DNA of 64,000 nt, taken from contig DJJA01000005.1 in assembly GCA_002433895.1 (NCBI GenBank), forward strand, positions 3,883 through 67,882, read 5' to 3'. Of the stretch, positions 1-10,900 are shown piece after piece. Numbering within the stretch: position 1 is the first letter of the stretch; each line of letters starts with the position of its first letter. The translations under genes were made by a program, and so were the position numbers. The stretch comes from Candidatus Gottesmanbacteria bacterium UBA6580. GTDB taxonomy: Bacteria > Patescibacteriota > Microgenomatia > UBA10105 > UBA927. The notes beneath the pieces were generated by a model, which did no database searches, was not told the DNA's origin, and saw nothing but the letters and a program-made list of their open reading frames with translations.

Positions 1-69
1 GTGACATCATAAATACCTTGGGCTATAATGATGTTAGACAGTGGTTAGTGAAATGAAGGAGGAAACGTT

Positions 70-627
70 ATGAATCAAACATTGTGGTTAGTATTAGGTG
101 CTGTAGCATTGGTCGGTGTATATTTTTGGACACTCTATAACGGGTTAATCTCCCTCAAAACCCAAATCGAAGAGGCGTGGAGCCAAATTGATATCCAGCT
201 CAAGCGCCGTGCAGACCTTATTCCTAATTTGGTGACGACAGTGAAGGGTTATGCAAAGCACGAAAAATCCGTGTTTACGGAAGTAACCAAAGCAAGAAGC
301 GCACTGATGGGTGCCAAATCTTTGCATGCCAAGGCAGAAGCAAGTGATATGCTGACGGGAGCGCTCGGCAAACTTTTTGCTATAGCCGAAAACTATCCGC
401 AGCTTAAAGCGAACGAAAACTTCGTTCATCTCCAGAAGGAGCTTTCTGACACGGAAGATAAGGTGGCATATAGCCGGCAATATTACAATTCTGTCGTCAA
501 CGATTACAACATACGCATCCGGACCTTCCCGAATACGTTGTTTAATGAAATGTTGGGATTTGCCGAGAAAGAATTCTTCGCGGCAAATGAGGAAGAGCGC
601 AAAAGCGTCAAAGTATCATTTGAGTAA
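70..627 (+). CDS. lemA: LemA family membrane protein
   Basis: 185-aa ORF with an N-terminal TM helix then the conserved LemA core (…LISLKTQIEEAWSQIDIQLKRRADLIPNLV…YAKHEK…). An RBS-like GGAGGA lies upstream. Confidence 0.75.
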   Translation: MNQTLWLVLGAVALVGVYFWTLYNGLISLKTQIEEAWSQIDIQLKRRADLIPNLVTTVKGYAKHEKSVFTEVTKARSALMGAKSLHAKAEASDMLTGALGKLFAIAENYPQLKANENFVHLQKELSDTEDKVAYSRQYYNSVVNDYNIRIRTFPNTLFNEMLGFAEKEFFAANEEERKSVKVSFE

Positions 628-709
628 ACAGGCGATGGCGCAAAGTATCGGGGAGCCCACGAACGTTCGAGCGAGTTCCGGCGGGTGATGTCCTCATATC
701 CATAATACT

Positions 710-1606
710 ATGACTATTACTTCTGCTATACAGTCTAACGTGACCAAAACCTACGCGATCATGTCGTTCTTTGTGGTATTTGTGGTGTTGGTAGGGTATG
801 TGCTGGGGCACGCGTTGGGGTATGGTAATAGCTTCATGTGGTTTGCGGTGTTGTTTTCGGTAATATCGAGTTTTGTGAGTTATTATTGGGGAGATTCGCT
901 TATCCTCGCGTTATCACACGCCCGGCCTGCCGATAGGCACCGCGATTTTGATTTTTACACTGTGGCCGAAAATCTGGCGATAGCGGCAGGGCTTCCGAAG
1001 CCGCGGCTGTATGTTATCGAGGACACGGCACTCAATGCCTTTGCGACCGGAAGAGATCCTGAGCACGCGGTAATTGTCGCCACAACCGGTATCCTTCATA
1101 GCCTCGAGCGGCGGGAGCTCGAAGGGGTTATTGCCCACGAGCTATCCCATATCAAAAATTTTGATACCCGCCTCATGGCGGTCGTTGCTGTGCTTGTGGG
1201 GACGGTTGCGTATTTAGCGGATATTTTTCTCCGATCTCTCTGGTGGGGTGGGAGGAGGGACCGTGATGATGACCGCGGGTTAGGCGCGATTTTGTTGGTC
1301 GTGGGTATAGTACTTGCGATTATCTCGCCGATTATCGCTAAACTTATACAGCTTGCCGCAAGCCGCAACCGCGAATATCTCGCTGACGCGACAGGCGCCA
1401 AGCTTACCCGGTATCCCGAAGGGCTTGCCCGCGCGTTGGAAAAATTAGGAAAAGACAAGGAGGTGTTGGAAGCTGCCACTAACGCGACCGCGCATCTTTA
1501 TATTACCAATCCTTTTAAGGGGAAAAATTTCGGCGCGTGGTTTGCGAACGCGTTTAATACCCATCCTCCGATCGCTGACCGCATCAAGCGGCTTCGCGCA
1601 ATGTAG
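710..1606 (+). CDS. htpX: HtpX-like M48 zinc metalloprotease
   Basis: HEXXH motif (HELSHIKN), multiple TM segments, and the typical Peptidase_M48 C-terminal region (…NAFNTHPPIADRIKRL). Confidence 0.75.
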   Translation: MTITSAIQSNVTKTYAIMSFFVVFVVLVGYVLGHALGYGNSFMWFAVLFSVISSFVSYYWGDSLILALSHARPADRHRDFDFYTVAENLAIAAGLPKPRLYVIEDTALNAFATGRDPEHAVIVATTGILHSLERRELEGVIAHELSHIKNFDTRLMAVVAVLVGTVAYLADIFLRSLWWGGRRDRDDDRGLGAILLVVGIVLAIISPIIAKLIQLAASRNREYLADATGAKLTRYPEGLARALEKLGKDKEVLEAATNATAHLYITNPFKGKNFGAWFANAFNTHPPIADRIKRLRAM

Positions 1607-1653
1607 GCTGTGTTTGCCTTGATAGGCGCATATGAGCGATAATACATGGTGTT

Positions 1654-2949
1654 ATGGCTTGGTTTGATCGCCTCACTGTTATATTTGCCAAAAGTATCTC
1701 CGTAATCAGCACCTCGTTGGGGCTAGGTGCGGGAGAGACATGGCCGGGGGAAATAGCCGTATCTATCCGGCCTGATATCGCCCGGTTTCTTTCGGGGAAA
1801 CTTTCTGACGGCACAATTCTCGTAGCCGGCACCAACGGGAAAACGACGACGTCACTCATGATTAAAACCATACTTGAGCATATCGGCGACTCCGTGGTGC
1901 ACAACGCCACCGGCGCGAATTTATTAAACGGCATTGTCTCATCATTTATCCGAAACACTGACTGGTTGGGCAGGGTGACCGCGGATATGGGTATATTTGA
2001 AGTAGACGAAAACTCGCTGCCGGTAGTGCTCAAATATATTACCCCCAAGCGCCTTGTGCTTCTTAACCTTTTCCGGGATCAGCTGGATAGGTACGGTGAA
2101 GTAGACGTGATTGTCGAAAAATGGATGACGGCGCTTGCTAAGCTTCCCAAAACAACCGAAGTAATTCTCAATAGCGACGACCCAGGCATTGCGGGCTTAG
2201 GGCGCGTTATAAAAGGGAAAGTGACTTATTTCGGGCTCAATGACCCGGGTAAATATTTAGGAGTACGCGAGCACGCGACTGATTCTATTTTTTGTTTCCG
2301 GTGCGGACACCGTTTGACCTATGATGGTATTTATTATTCTCATATCGGGTCATGGCGCTGCACGAAATGCGGCAATACGCGTCCCGTACCCACGGTTACC
2401 CGGGGACCAAGTCCATTGCCGGGCTTATACAACCAGTACAACGCGCTTGCGGCGGTTGGTGTCGCGACGTCTTTGGATATACCGGACAAAGAGGTTAAAA
2501 AGGCGCTGCGTGGATTTGCACCAGCATTCGGCAGGCAGGAAGAAATACGGGTAGGTAAAAAAACGGTAAAACTGTTCCTCTCCAAAAATCCGGCCGGGTT
2601 TAATGCTTCGCTTAAGACGGTATTGGAGATGGGAGCCAAAGATATCCTCCTCGTATTAAATGATCGCATTCCCGACGGCCGGGATGTGAGCTGGATTTGG
2701 GATGTTGATTTTGAAATGATACCTCCTTCCGTCACAGTTGGGGTGAGTGGTGACCGCCGGTATGATATGGCGATACGCATAAAATACGCTGATATTGATA
2801 TTCCTTCATCGCGTGTGTATCAGCAATTGGAGGACGCGATAGTGAAGTCACTCAAAAAACCGCTCAAAGGAAATGCTCTATATATTCTCGCCACGTATTC
2901 CGGCATGCTGGAAGTCCGAAAAATTCTCAAAGGCAGAAAAATACTATGA
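1654..2949 (+). CDS. murT: Mur ligase family protein MurT (lipid II isoglutaminyl synthase ligase subunit)
   Basis: Mur-ligase P-loop GTNGKTTT and a Cys-rich insert (CFRCGHRL…CTKCGN) typical of MurT. It is immediately followed, with a 4-nt overlap, by a CobB/CobQ-type amidotransferase (GatD). Confidence 0.7.
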   Translation: MAWFDRLTVIFAKSISVISTSLGLGAGETWPGEIAVSIRPDIARFLSGKLSDGTILVAGTNGKTTTSLMIKTILEHIGDSVVHNATGANLLNGIVSSFIRNTDWLGRVTADMGIFEVDENSLPVVLKYITPKRLVLLNLFRDQLDRYGEVDVIVEKWMTALAKLPKTTEVILNSDDPGIAGLGRVIKGKVTYFGLNDPGKYLGVREHATDSIFCFRCGHRLTYDGIYYSHIGSWRCTKCGNTRPVPTVTRGPSPLPGLYNQYNALAAVGVATSLDIPDKEVKKALRGFAPAFGRQEEIRVGKKTVKLFLSKNPAGFNASLKTVLEMGAKDILLVLNDRIPDGRDVSWIWDVDFEMIPPSVTVGVSGDRRYDMAIRIKYADIDIPSSRVYQQLEDAIVKSLKKPLKGNALYILATYSGMLEVRKILKGRKIL

Positions 2950-3668
2950 AACAATCAATCAAAATCGCGTGGTTGTACCCTGATCTTATGAGCACGTATG
3001 GTGATCGCGGGAATGTCATTGCGCTGCAAAAGCGGGCGGCGTGGCGGGGTATTGAAGCCAGTGTGGTTCCTGTGACGCTGGAAACGAATGTGAAAGCGCT
3101 CGCGGGAAGCGACATTTTTTTTATGGGGGGCGCGCAAGATCGGCAGCAAAAATTGGCAGGGGAAGATTTTTTGAAGCACAAAGGTCCGGTGGTAAAAGAG
3201 ATGATCGAGGCAGGTGTGCCAGCGTTGTTTGTGTGTGCCGCGTATCAATTTGCCGGCCATTATTACAAGCCATACCGGGGAGAAAAAATTCCCGGCGCCG
3301 GCATTTTTGACTTGTATACGGTGCATCCGGGCGATCAGGCGAAGCGGCTTATCGGTAATGTTGTCGCGCGCGTGGTACACCCGGAAACACTTTCAGGTAC
3401 GGTAATCGTGGGCTTTGAAAATCATGGAGGACGGACGCATTTGGGTCCTAAGATGCAGCCGCTCGCAAAAGTTATCAAGGGTAATGGGAATAATGGCGAT
3501 GACGGATGGGAAGGAGCGGTGTATAAAAACGCGATAGGGAGTTATTTTCATGGTCCGTTGCTCCCCAAAAATCCGATGATAGCTGACTGGTTATTGGCAA
3601 AAGCAGTTGGCACGCTTATCCCAATTGATGACACCCTGGAGGTAATGGCAAATAACGCAATGAGGTGA
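2946..3668 (+). CDS. gatD: CobB/CobQ-like glutamine amidotransferase GatD (partner of MurT)
   Basis: 240-aa type-1 glutamine amidotransferase-like protein translationally coupled to murT. The conserved pairing is known from lipid II amidation systems. Confidence 0.65.
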   Translation: MKQSIKIAWLYPDLMSTYGDRGNVIALQKRAAWRGIEASVVPVTLETNVKALAGSDIFFMGGAQDRQQKLAGEDFLKHKGPVVKEMIEAGVPALFVCAAYQFAGHYYKPYRGEKIPGAGIFDLYTVHPGDQAKRLIGNVVARVVHPETLSGTVIVGFENHGGRTHLGPKMQPLAKVIKGNGNNGDDGWEGAVYKNAIGSYFHGPLLPKNPMIADWLLAKAVGTLIPIDDTLEVMANNAMR

Positions 3669-3672
3669 TGTT

Positions 3673-4275
3673 ATGAAAAAACCCGTACGGTTTATTTACT
3701 TTGATGTTGGTGGTGTATTCCTGGATTGGAAGGAGGGCCACCGGAGAGCCGCGAAAAAATACAACGTGACCGCCGAAGAAATCGGAAAAATAACGCAGGC
3801 AAACATGCAGGCGGCGTTTGTCGGTTCACTCAGCGGCACTGACTACATGGCGAGATTTGCACAACTCCTGAAACTTACGGAACCATACCCGGATTTCGCG
3901 GAATTCTGGACGGATTTTCATGTCCCGATACCGGAAATGCACGCGTTTGCGCGATCGCTGCATCCGACGCATAAGCTGGGACTGTTGACGAACGCCGAAA
4001 CGGGTTCGATGCGCCAGGCGGTCAAAAAAGGGTTAGTGCCGGATGTCGCGTGGAAAGCCGTCGTTGATTCCTCGGTTTTTAAGGCTAAAAAACCCGATCC
4101 CGGGATTTTTGAAATTGCAGAAAAAGAAGCAGGGGTGGCACCACACGAAATCCTTTTCGTGGATGATCAGCCAGAAAATATCGAAGCAGTACATGCCCGC
4201 GGATGGCAAGGTATTGTGTTTGATACGGGAAACGTCACCGTTTCCATCGAAGCGATCAAAGTCGCGTTGAAATAA
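3673..4275 (+). CDS. HAD-superfamily hydrolase
   Basis: N-terminal DxG nucleophile motif (FDVGGV) and a C-terminal DD motif (ILFVDDQPEN). The length of 200 aa fits. Confidence 0.55.
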   Translation: MKKPVRFIYFDVGGVFLDWKEGHRRAAKKYNVTAEEIGKITQANMQAAFVGSLSGTDYMARFAQLLKLTEPYPDFAEFWTDFHVPIPEMHAFARSLHPTHKLGLLTNAETGSMRQAVKKGLVPDVAWKAVVDSSVFKAKKPDPGIFEIAEKEAGVAPHEILFVDDQPENIEAVHARGWQGIVFDTGNVTVSIEAIKVALK

Positions 4276-4319
4276 CCGGTTAGCTTGAGCCCACTCCCGA
4301 TGTGGGCTTGGGGGCGGGT

Positions 4320-4631
4320 TTATTCGACGCCGATAAACATGATCTTGGGGTATATTTTTTTGATTTCTTCCATAAATTTTTCGGAAAGGTTCATGCTGAA
4401 TTTACTGTATTGTCCTGCTCCCATTTTGGCGCAGAGTTTGCGTTCGTAGTCCCGGATGACATCCATGACCGTGCTGCCGATCGTGTTGTATTTTGACTGA
4501 TTTGCCGCGGGGTTTAACACATACGCGTCGTGGATCGGTTTGAATTCTTCAAATAGTTCCCTGTTCTCATCAAGCATTTGTTGCACTGCGGCACGGTATT
4601 TGGTCATATCGGGTAGTGAAATTTCGACCAT
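4320..4631 (-). CDS. hypothetical protein
   Basis: 103-aa ORF convergent with the HAD gene. No motif recognised. Confidence 0.35.
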   Translation of the reverse strand: MVEISLPDMTKYRAAVQQMLDENRELFEEFKPIHDAYVLNPAANQSKYNTIGSTVMDVIRDYERKLCAKMGAGQYSKFSMNLSEKFMEEIKKIYPKIMFIGVE

Positions 4632-4827
4632 TGCGTTTTACGCTGGCGAAAGTTCGGAATCCTTTCCTTTTGATCGTCTATATATGTCAGGGAAGTCTAG
4701 TCGACGCGCTATGAAACGGAAGCGTGTCGAAATTCTACAACCCGACATACGTACTACTCTAACAGGACTAAACCATTAGCTTCAAGTGTCTACTTCACGT
4801 GAGACAAATTTCCGCTATAATGGCTCC

Positions 4828-5169
4828 ATGAACGCTTCTCAGCCGAACCCCCAACCCAAAGATGCAAAAACCGTGGTGACGAGAGCAGATATAGACCATA
4901 TCGCCACGCTTGCGAATTTGCCGATTTCCGACGGACAATCTGAGGAATTGACCAAGCAGGTCGGCGGTACCGTAGCGTATGTATCACAACTTCAGTCATT
5001 GCCGACGGATGACGTGACAGAAACGTCACAGGTGACGGGGCTGGAAAACGTATTCCGTGAAGACGAAATAGACACCTCCCGCATGTTTACCCAGGAGGAA
5101 GCCCTTGCTAATGCAAAAAATACATACAATGGTTTCTTTGTGGTCGGACGGGTCTTAGAGGAAAAATAA
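4828..5169 (+). CDS. gatC: Asp-tRNA(Asn)/Glu-tRNA(Gln) amidotransferase subunit C
   Basis: Small protein directly upstream of gatA/gatB. The ORF track begins at a GTG at 4786, but I place the start at the ATG at 4828 (MNASQ…). Confidence 0.65.
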   Translation: MNASQPNPQPKDAKTVVTRADIDHIATLANLPISDGQSEELTKQVGGTVAYVSQLQSLPTDDVTETSQVTGLENVFREDEIDTSRMFTQEEALANAKNTYNGFFVVGRVLEEK

Positions 5170-5172
5170 ATT

Positions 5173-6591
5173 ATGTTAGCCGATCTTCCTATCAGTGTGT
5201 TGGCACAAAAACTGAAGCGCTCGGAAATAACGAGTGAACAGTTGGTGGCGGAATGTTACGACCGGATTGAAGCATATGACGGAACCATCAATTCCTTTAT
5301 TACGGTTGTCGATCGAAAAAAAGCAATTGAACGCGCTAAGTTTATAGACGCGCACCGTGAGACATTTCCGTCTCCGCTTGCGGGTATTCCCTACGTCATG
5401 AAAGATGCGTATCTTACCAAAGGGGTGCGCACGACCGCCGCCTCCAAAATTTTGGATGCGTTTATTGCTCCGTACAGCTCGACCGTTCATCAAAAACTAG
5501 AAAATGTGGGAGCGATCCTTATCGGTAAAATGAACATGGACGCATGGGGGCACGGCGCGAGTACTGAAAACACCGATTACGGCGTCACAAAAAACCCCTG
5601 GGGTAGCGACCGTTCAGCAGGCGGCAGCGGTGGCGGGCCGGCAGCAGCAATAGCAAGTAGATTTTGTGTATTTGGTATCGGTGAAGATACGGGTGGATCC
5701 ATCCGCAATCCCGCCGCATGGAACAACATCACCGCGATGAAGGTGACATACGGTCGTGTTTCCCGATACGGCGCGATTGCCTATGCATCAAGCCTGGACA
5801 CCATGGGGCCTACCGCGAAAACAGCCGAGGATTGCGCATTTGTTTTGGAAGCTATTGCAGGGTATGACGCGTACGATGCCACGAGTTCCCAAAAACCTGT
5901 TCCTTCCTATACAAAAGCATTGGACAAAAGCATCAAAGGAAAGAAAATCGCGTTTCCTACGGAATTTTATGGGGATGCACTTGATCCGAATATTAAAGAA
6001 GCTATTCTGGTTGCCCGTGATATTTTTGTGAAAGAAGGTGCTGAGGTGACTGATGTATCGCTGCCACTTCTGGAATACGGCGTTCCGGTCTACTATATTC
6101 TCGCGCCGAGCGAGACCAGTTCTAATTTGGGCCGATACGATGGGGTACGGTATGGCAACGGTAGGGATTTATTCACCAAAGAAAACATGCGCCGTATTAT
6201 GACCGGCACCTATGCATTATCAAGTGGATACTACGATGCGTATTACAAAAAAGCACAGAAAGTGCGGTCGTTATTTATCAAAGAATACGAAAAATTACTC
6301 TCCGAATATGACGCCATCCTTTCTCCTGTCACCCCGATTATGCCATCGAAGTTTGGCGAGCTGCTCGATGATCCGATTAAAAACATGATGGCGGATTTAT
6401 ACACGGTCATCGTAAACATTGTGGGGTTGCCCTCACTTGCTATCCCGTGCGGGTTTACGAAGGACAATCTTCCCATGGGGATGCAGCTCGTTGGCGCGAT
6501 GTTTGATGAAAGCACATTGTTTGCATTGGGGAATGCGTATCAAAAAGTGACCGACTGGCACACGCGCTCGCCAAATTTAGTAAATAGTTAA
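5173..6591 (+). CDS. gatA: Glu-tRNA(Gln) amidotransferase subunit A (amidase)
   Basis: Amidase signature GGSSGGPAAAIA, Ser-cisSer-Lys family, 472 aa, in gatCAB order. Confidence 0.9.
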   Translation: MLADLPISVLAQKLKRSEITSEQLVAECYDRIEAYDGTINSFITVVDRKKAIERAKFIDAHRETFPSPLAGIPYVMKDAYLTKGVRTTAASKILDAFIAPYSSTVHQKLENVGAILIGKMNMDAWGHGASTENTDYGVTKNPWGSDRSAGGSGGGPAAAIASRFCVFGIGEDTGGSIRNPAAWNNITAMKVTYGRVSRYGAIAYASSLDTMGPTAKTAEDCAFVLEAIAGYDAYDATSSQKPVPSYTKALDKSIKGKKIAFPTEFYGDALDPNIKEAILVARDIFVKEGAEVTDVSLPLLEYGVPVYYILAPSETSSNLGRYDGVRYGNGRDLFTKENMRRIMTGTYALSSGYYDAYYKKAQKVRSLFIKEYEKLLSEYDAILSPVTPIMPSKFGELLDDPIKNMMADLYTVIVNIVGLPSLAIPCGFTKDNLPMGMQLVGAMFDESTLFALGNAYQKVTDWHTRSPNLVNS

Positions 6592-6609
6592 CAGTTAATA
6601 GTTAATGGT

Positions 6610-7932
6610 ATGAAATACGAACCTGTCATCGGGTTAGAAATACATGTAGAGCTTAAAACCAAAAGCGGCATGTTTTGTGGTTGTCCCGCGGATCACTTTG
6701 CCAAAAAGCCGAATACCGGCACGTGTCCAGTATGTTTGGGCCTTCCGGGAGCACTCCCTACGCCGAATAAAAAAGCCGTTGAGTGGACGATTATGCTGGG
6801 GTTAGCGCTGGGCAGCGAGATAGCCGAAGTATCCAAGTTTGACCGCAAACATTATTTTTACCCCGATCTTCCGAAAGGCTATCAAATTTCCCAATACGAT
6901 CAGCCACTCTGCCGCGGAGGAAAGATTTCTACTTCGTTTGGCGACGTGCGGATTCATCGTGTGCATTTGGAAGAAGATACGGGTAAGTTGCAGCATGCGG
7001 TGGTGGACGGGAAAAAGGTGACGCTCGTCGATTTTAACCGGTCGGGCGTTCCGCTTGTGGAAATCGTTACGGAAGCGGATATTCATAGCTCAGAACAAGC
7101 CAAGGAATTTCTTAAAAAATTGCATCAGATCGTGCGGTACTTAGGGATATCTGACGCGGATATGGAGAAAGGCTCTATGCGCCTTGAGCCAAATATTTCC
7201 ATCCGGAAAGTCGGTGAAACGGGCATGCCGCCCTATAAGGTGGAAGTGAAAAACATTAACTCATTCCGATTTGCTGCCGCGGCCATAGAATACGAGCTCA
7301 AGCGTCACGAAGCACTGCTCAATGAAGGAAAGATTCCGGTACAGGAAACACGCGGCTGGGACGAAGCAAAAAACGGCACGGTTTCTCAGCGCAGTAAGGA
7401 AGAGGCGGCTGATTACCGATATTTCCCGGAGCCGGACATTCCACCCATGCGTTTTACGAAAGACGTTATCGCGTCTATTGGCAGCAACATTCCCGAACTT
7501 CCTGATGTGAAAAAAACGCGGTTTATGAGCGCCTATGCGTTAAACGATGCGGTTGCCAGCCAGCTTACCGACACCCGTGCGTTGGCGGATTATTTTGAAG
7601 AAGCGGTAAAGGCGGCGTCCGTATTCGAAAAGCCCTACTCACCTAAAGAAGTCGCTAATTGGCTCATCAATAAAAAACCGGACATAGAAAAGGTTCTGCC
7701 CGCCCAACTTATAGAAGAACTGCACGAAGCCAAAAAAGTGGTCGCTGTTTCAGCCGACGAATTGAACGCGATTATTACCCCCGTGCTGTCTTCTAACGAA
7801 AAAGCAGTCGCGGATTATAAAGCGGGCAAACAACAGGTCATTATGTTCCTTATGGGTCTTGTGCGCAAACAACTTCCAAAAGCCGATACCAAGATTATTT
7901 TAGAAGCGCTCAAAGGTGCGTTGGAATCATAA
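6610..7932 (+). CDS. gatB: Asp/Glu-tRNA amidotransferase subunit B
   Basis: Conserved GatB N-terminus (MKYEPVIGLEIHVEL…CGC…) and a C-terminal GatB/YqeY domain. Length 440 aa. Confidence 0.9.
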   Translation: MKYEPVIGLEIHVELKTKSGMFCGCPADHFAKKPNTGTCPVCLGLPGALPTPNKKAVEWTIMLGLALGSEIAEVSKFDRKHYFYPDLPKGYQISQYDQPLCRGGKISTSFGDVRIHRVHLEEDTGKLQHAVVDGKKVTLVDFNRSGVPLVEIVTEADIHSSEQAKEFLKKLHQIVRYLGISDADMEKGSMRLEPNISIRKVGETGMPPYKVEVKNINSFRFAAAAIEYELKRHEALLNEGKIPVQETRGWDEAKNGTVSQRSKEEAADYRYFPEPDIPPMRFTKDVIASIGSNIPELPDVKKTRFMSAYALNDAVASQLTDTRALADYFEEAVKAASVFEKPYSPKEVANWLINKKPDIEKVLPAQLIEELHEAKKVVAVSADELNAIITPVLSSNEKAVADYKAGKQQVIMFLMGLVRKQLPKADTKIILEALKGALES

Positions 7933-7936
7933 CGAA

Positions 7937-10900
7937 ATGGCAAATTTTGTCCACTTACATGTCCACAGTGAATTTTCCCTTCTCGACGGGCTTGGGAAAC
8001 TGGATCAATTAATAAACCGCACCAAAGAGCTCGGGATGGACACACTCGCCATCACCGACCATGGCGCGATGTATGGGAGCTTCAAGTTTTATCTCAAGGC
8101 CAAAGCCGCGGGTATTAAGCCCATTATTGGCGTGGAGACATACGTCGCCCGCAGAAGCCGTTTCGACAAAGAGGGAAAAATAGATACCGATCCATATCAC
8201 TTAGTGTTGCTTGCCAAAAACGAAGTAGGATACCGCAACTTACTCAAGCTTGTTACCCAGGCGCATTTGGAAGGATATTATTACAAACCACGCATTGACT
8301 GGGATTTGCTCAAGGATCACCATGAGGGGCTTATTGCGTTTTCATCGTGTTTGGCGGGGCAGGTACCGCAGCTTTTGATGCAGGATAAGCTCAAGGAGGC
8401 AGAGGAAGTCGCGAGTAAATACGCGGAACTATTTGGGCCCGATCACTACTACATAGAGTTGCAGAAGCACCCCAATATCCCCGAAATTGAGGAAACGAAT
8501 AAAAAACTCGTCGCTTTGTCGCGGAAACTCGGCCTTCCCTTGGTCGCGACCAATGACGTGCATTATGTAAATGCCGATGATGCCGAAGCTCAGGAAATTC
8601 TTCTCTGTGTGCAGACGCAGCGCACCATAGTCGAAAAAAACCGTCCGCTTTCCATGATGAGCTCGCCGGATTTTTATCTCCGGAGCCCGGAAGAAATGAC
8701 CGAACTTTTTATGCAGTATCCCGAAGCCATAGAAAATACGGTAAAAATCGCCGCCATGTGCGACATTACGCTTTCGGTGGGGAAGTGGATTTTGCCTAAA
8801 TTCCCGGTGCCCAACGATGATAAGCCGGAAGTGTATCTGCGGGCGCTTGTCGAGGAGCGGTTGCCAAACCGTTACAAAAACGTCACGGACGAGATTAAAG
8901 AGCGTATCAATTATGAGTTGGATATTATTACCAAAAAAGGCTATGCCACCTATTTCCTGATCGTTTCTGACTTTGTGAATTGGGCAAAAAGCCAAAAAAT
9001 CGGCGTGGGACCGGGGAGAGGTTCAGCAGCTGGGTCAGTTGTTTCCTATATTTTGGGTATTACCGGTATCGACCCGTTGTTTTTCCATTTGCCGTTTGAA
9101 CGTTTCCTAAACCCGATGCGGCCGAGCCCTCCGGATATTGATTTGGATTTTGCCGATGACCGCAGGGATGAAGTCATCGCCTATGTGACCCAGCGGTACG
9201 GTGACGACAAAGTGGCGCAGATTATCACCTTCGGCACCATGGAGGCGCGCGGAGCAGTACGGGACGCGGGGCGCGCGTTGGGTATGCCCTACGCCCAACC
9301 CGACCGGATATCCAAAATGATCCCTCCCGGTGCACAGGGAGCAGGTATGACGATAGATAGGGCTATTGAGATTTCCCCGGAGCTATCCGCCGCTTACCGT
9401 GCTGAACCAGAGACAAAGCGGCTACTGGATGTTGCCCGAAAGCTTGAGGGAGTGGCACGCCATGCGTCAGTGCATGCGGCGGGCGTGGTGATTGCAGATA
9501 AGCCGCTTGTGGAATACACCCCGCTGCAGCGCGAAAGCAAGGGTGATCGGGTCGTTACCCAATACGACATGTATACGGTGGGTGAAGACGGGGTGGGACT
9601 TTTAAAGATGGACTTTTTGGGACTGCGGAACTTAACTATCATGGCGGCCGCCCTAAAGTTTTTGGAGCAGACAAAAAACTTAGCTATCGATTTGTATTCC
9701 CTGCCGCTGACGGATAAAAAGACATTTGAAATGCTGGCAATCGGGGAGACCACCGGAGTATTTCAGCTTGAGTCTGCGGGCATGCGTCGCTACATAAAAG
9801 AACTCAAACCCACGACTATCTACGATCTCATGGCCATGGTCGCGCTGTTCCGGCCGGGGCCTATGCAGGTGATCCCGCAATACATCGCCCGGAAAAATAA
9901 TCCCAAGAGTATTACCTATCCTGATCCGCGGCTTGCTGACGTCCTCAAGCAATCATACGGACTTATTTGTTATCAGGACGATGTATTGCTTACGGCTATT
10001 ACACTCGCGGGCTACTCATGGGGCGACGCGGACAAACTCCGGAAAGCAGTCGGTAAAAAAATTCCGTCAGAGATGAAAAAGCAGCAGGAGAAGTTTATCC
10101 AGGGATGTGTGAAAAATGGCATGACGCAGTCAAAAGCCGAGGAGGTTTTCCACCTCATCGAGCCGTTCGCGGGTTATGGATTTAATAAAGCGCACGCGGC
10201 GTGTTATGCCGTTATCGCGTATCAGACCGCGTATCTTAAGGCAAATTATCCCGTCGAGTATATGACCGCGGTGTTGACCGCCGAGTCCCGGGCAAACACC
10301 GGCGATACCAGGGATGAAAAAATTGCCATGATTGTTGCCGAGTGTAAACGGACGGGCATTACGCTGCTCCCTCCAGACATTAACAAGTCTGATATAGAAT
10401 TTAGTATTGAAGACGGAAAGGTGCGGTTCGGGCTCTCGGCTATCAAAAATGTCGGGGAAGCAGCGATTGAAAGTATTTTGAAAACCCGTGTGAGCGACGG
10501 AGTCTTTACGTCATTTACCGATTTCCTCCGCCGTGTCGATGTGTCCAAGGTAAACAAAAAAACATTGGAAAGTCTTATCCGTACCGGGGCTATGGATGCG
10601 TTTGGTTCCCGGGCAGCAATACTGAGTACGCTTGAGACAAAGCTTGCGCAGGTGCACAAAGACCGGAAAGCCGCATCGCTCGGACAGACCGGTTTATTTG
10701 ATGTCGGCGACCCCAAAGAAGCCGCGCATCATGATCATCTCCCCAACATACCCGAGCTCACCAGCCAGGAGCTATTGGCGTTTGAAAAGCAGTTACTCGG
10801 GTTTTACCTGACGGCGCATCCTCTCGAAAAGGTGATGGAGCGGTTCAGTACTATGGACTCGGTTACACCCATTGCCCAGGTTACGGAAGAGCGTGTCGGC

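Noticed and set aside
4288-4308. Hairpin agcccac-N7-gtgggct between the convergent HAD gene and the 103-aa gene, as a bidirectional terminator
   Set aside because: There is a reasonable stem but no clean T-run on either strand. Kept out of the feature list.
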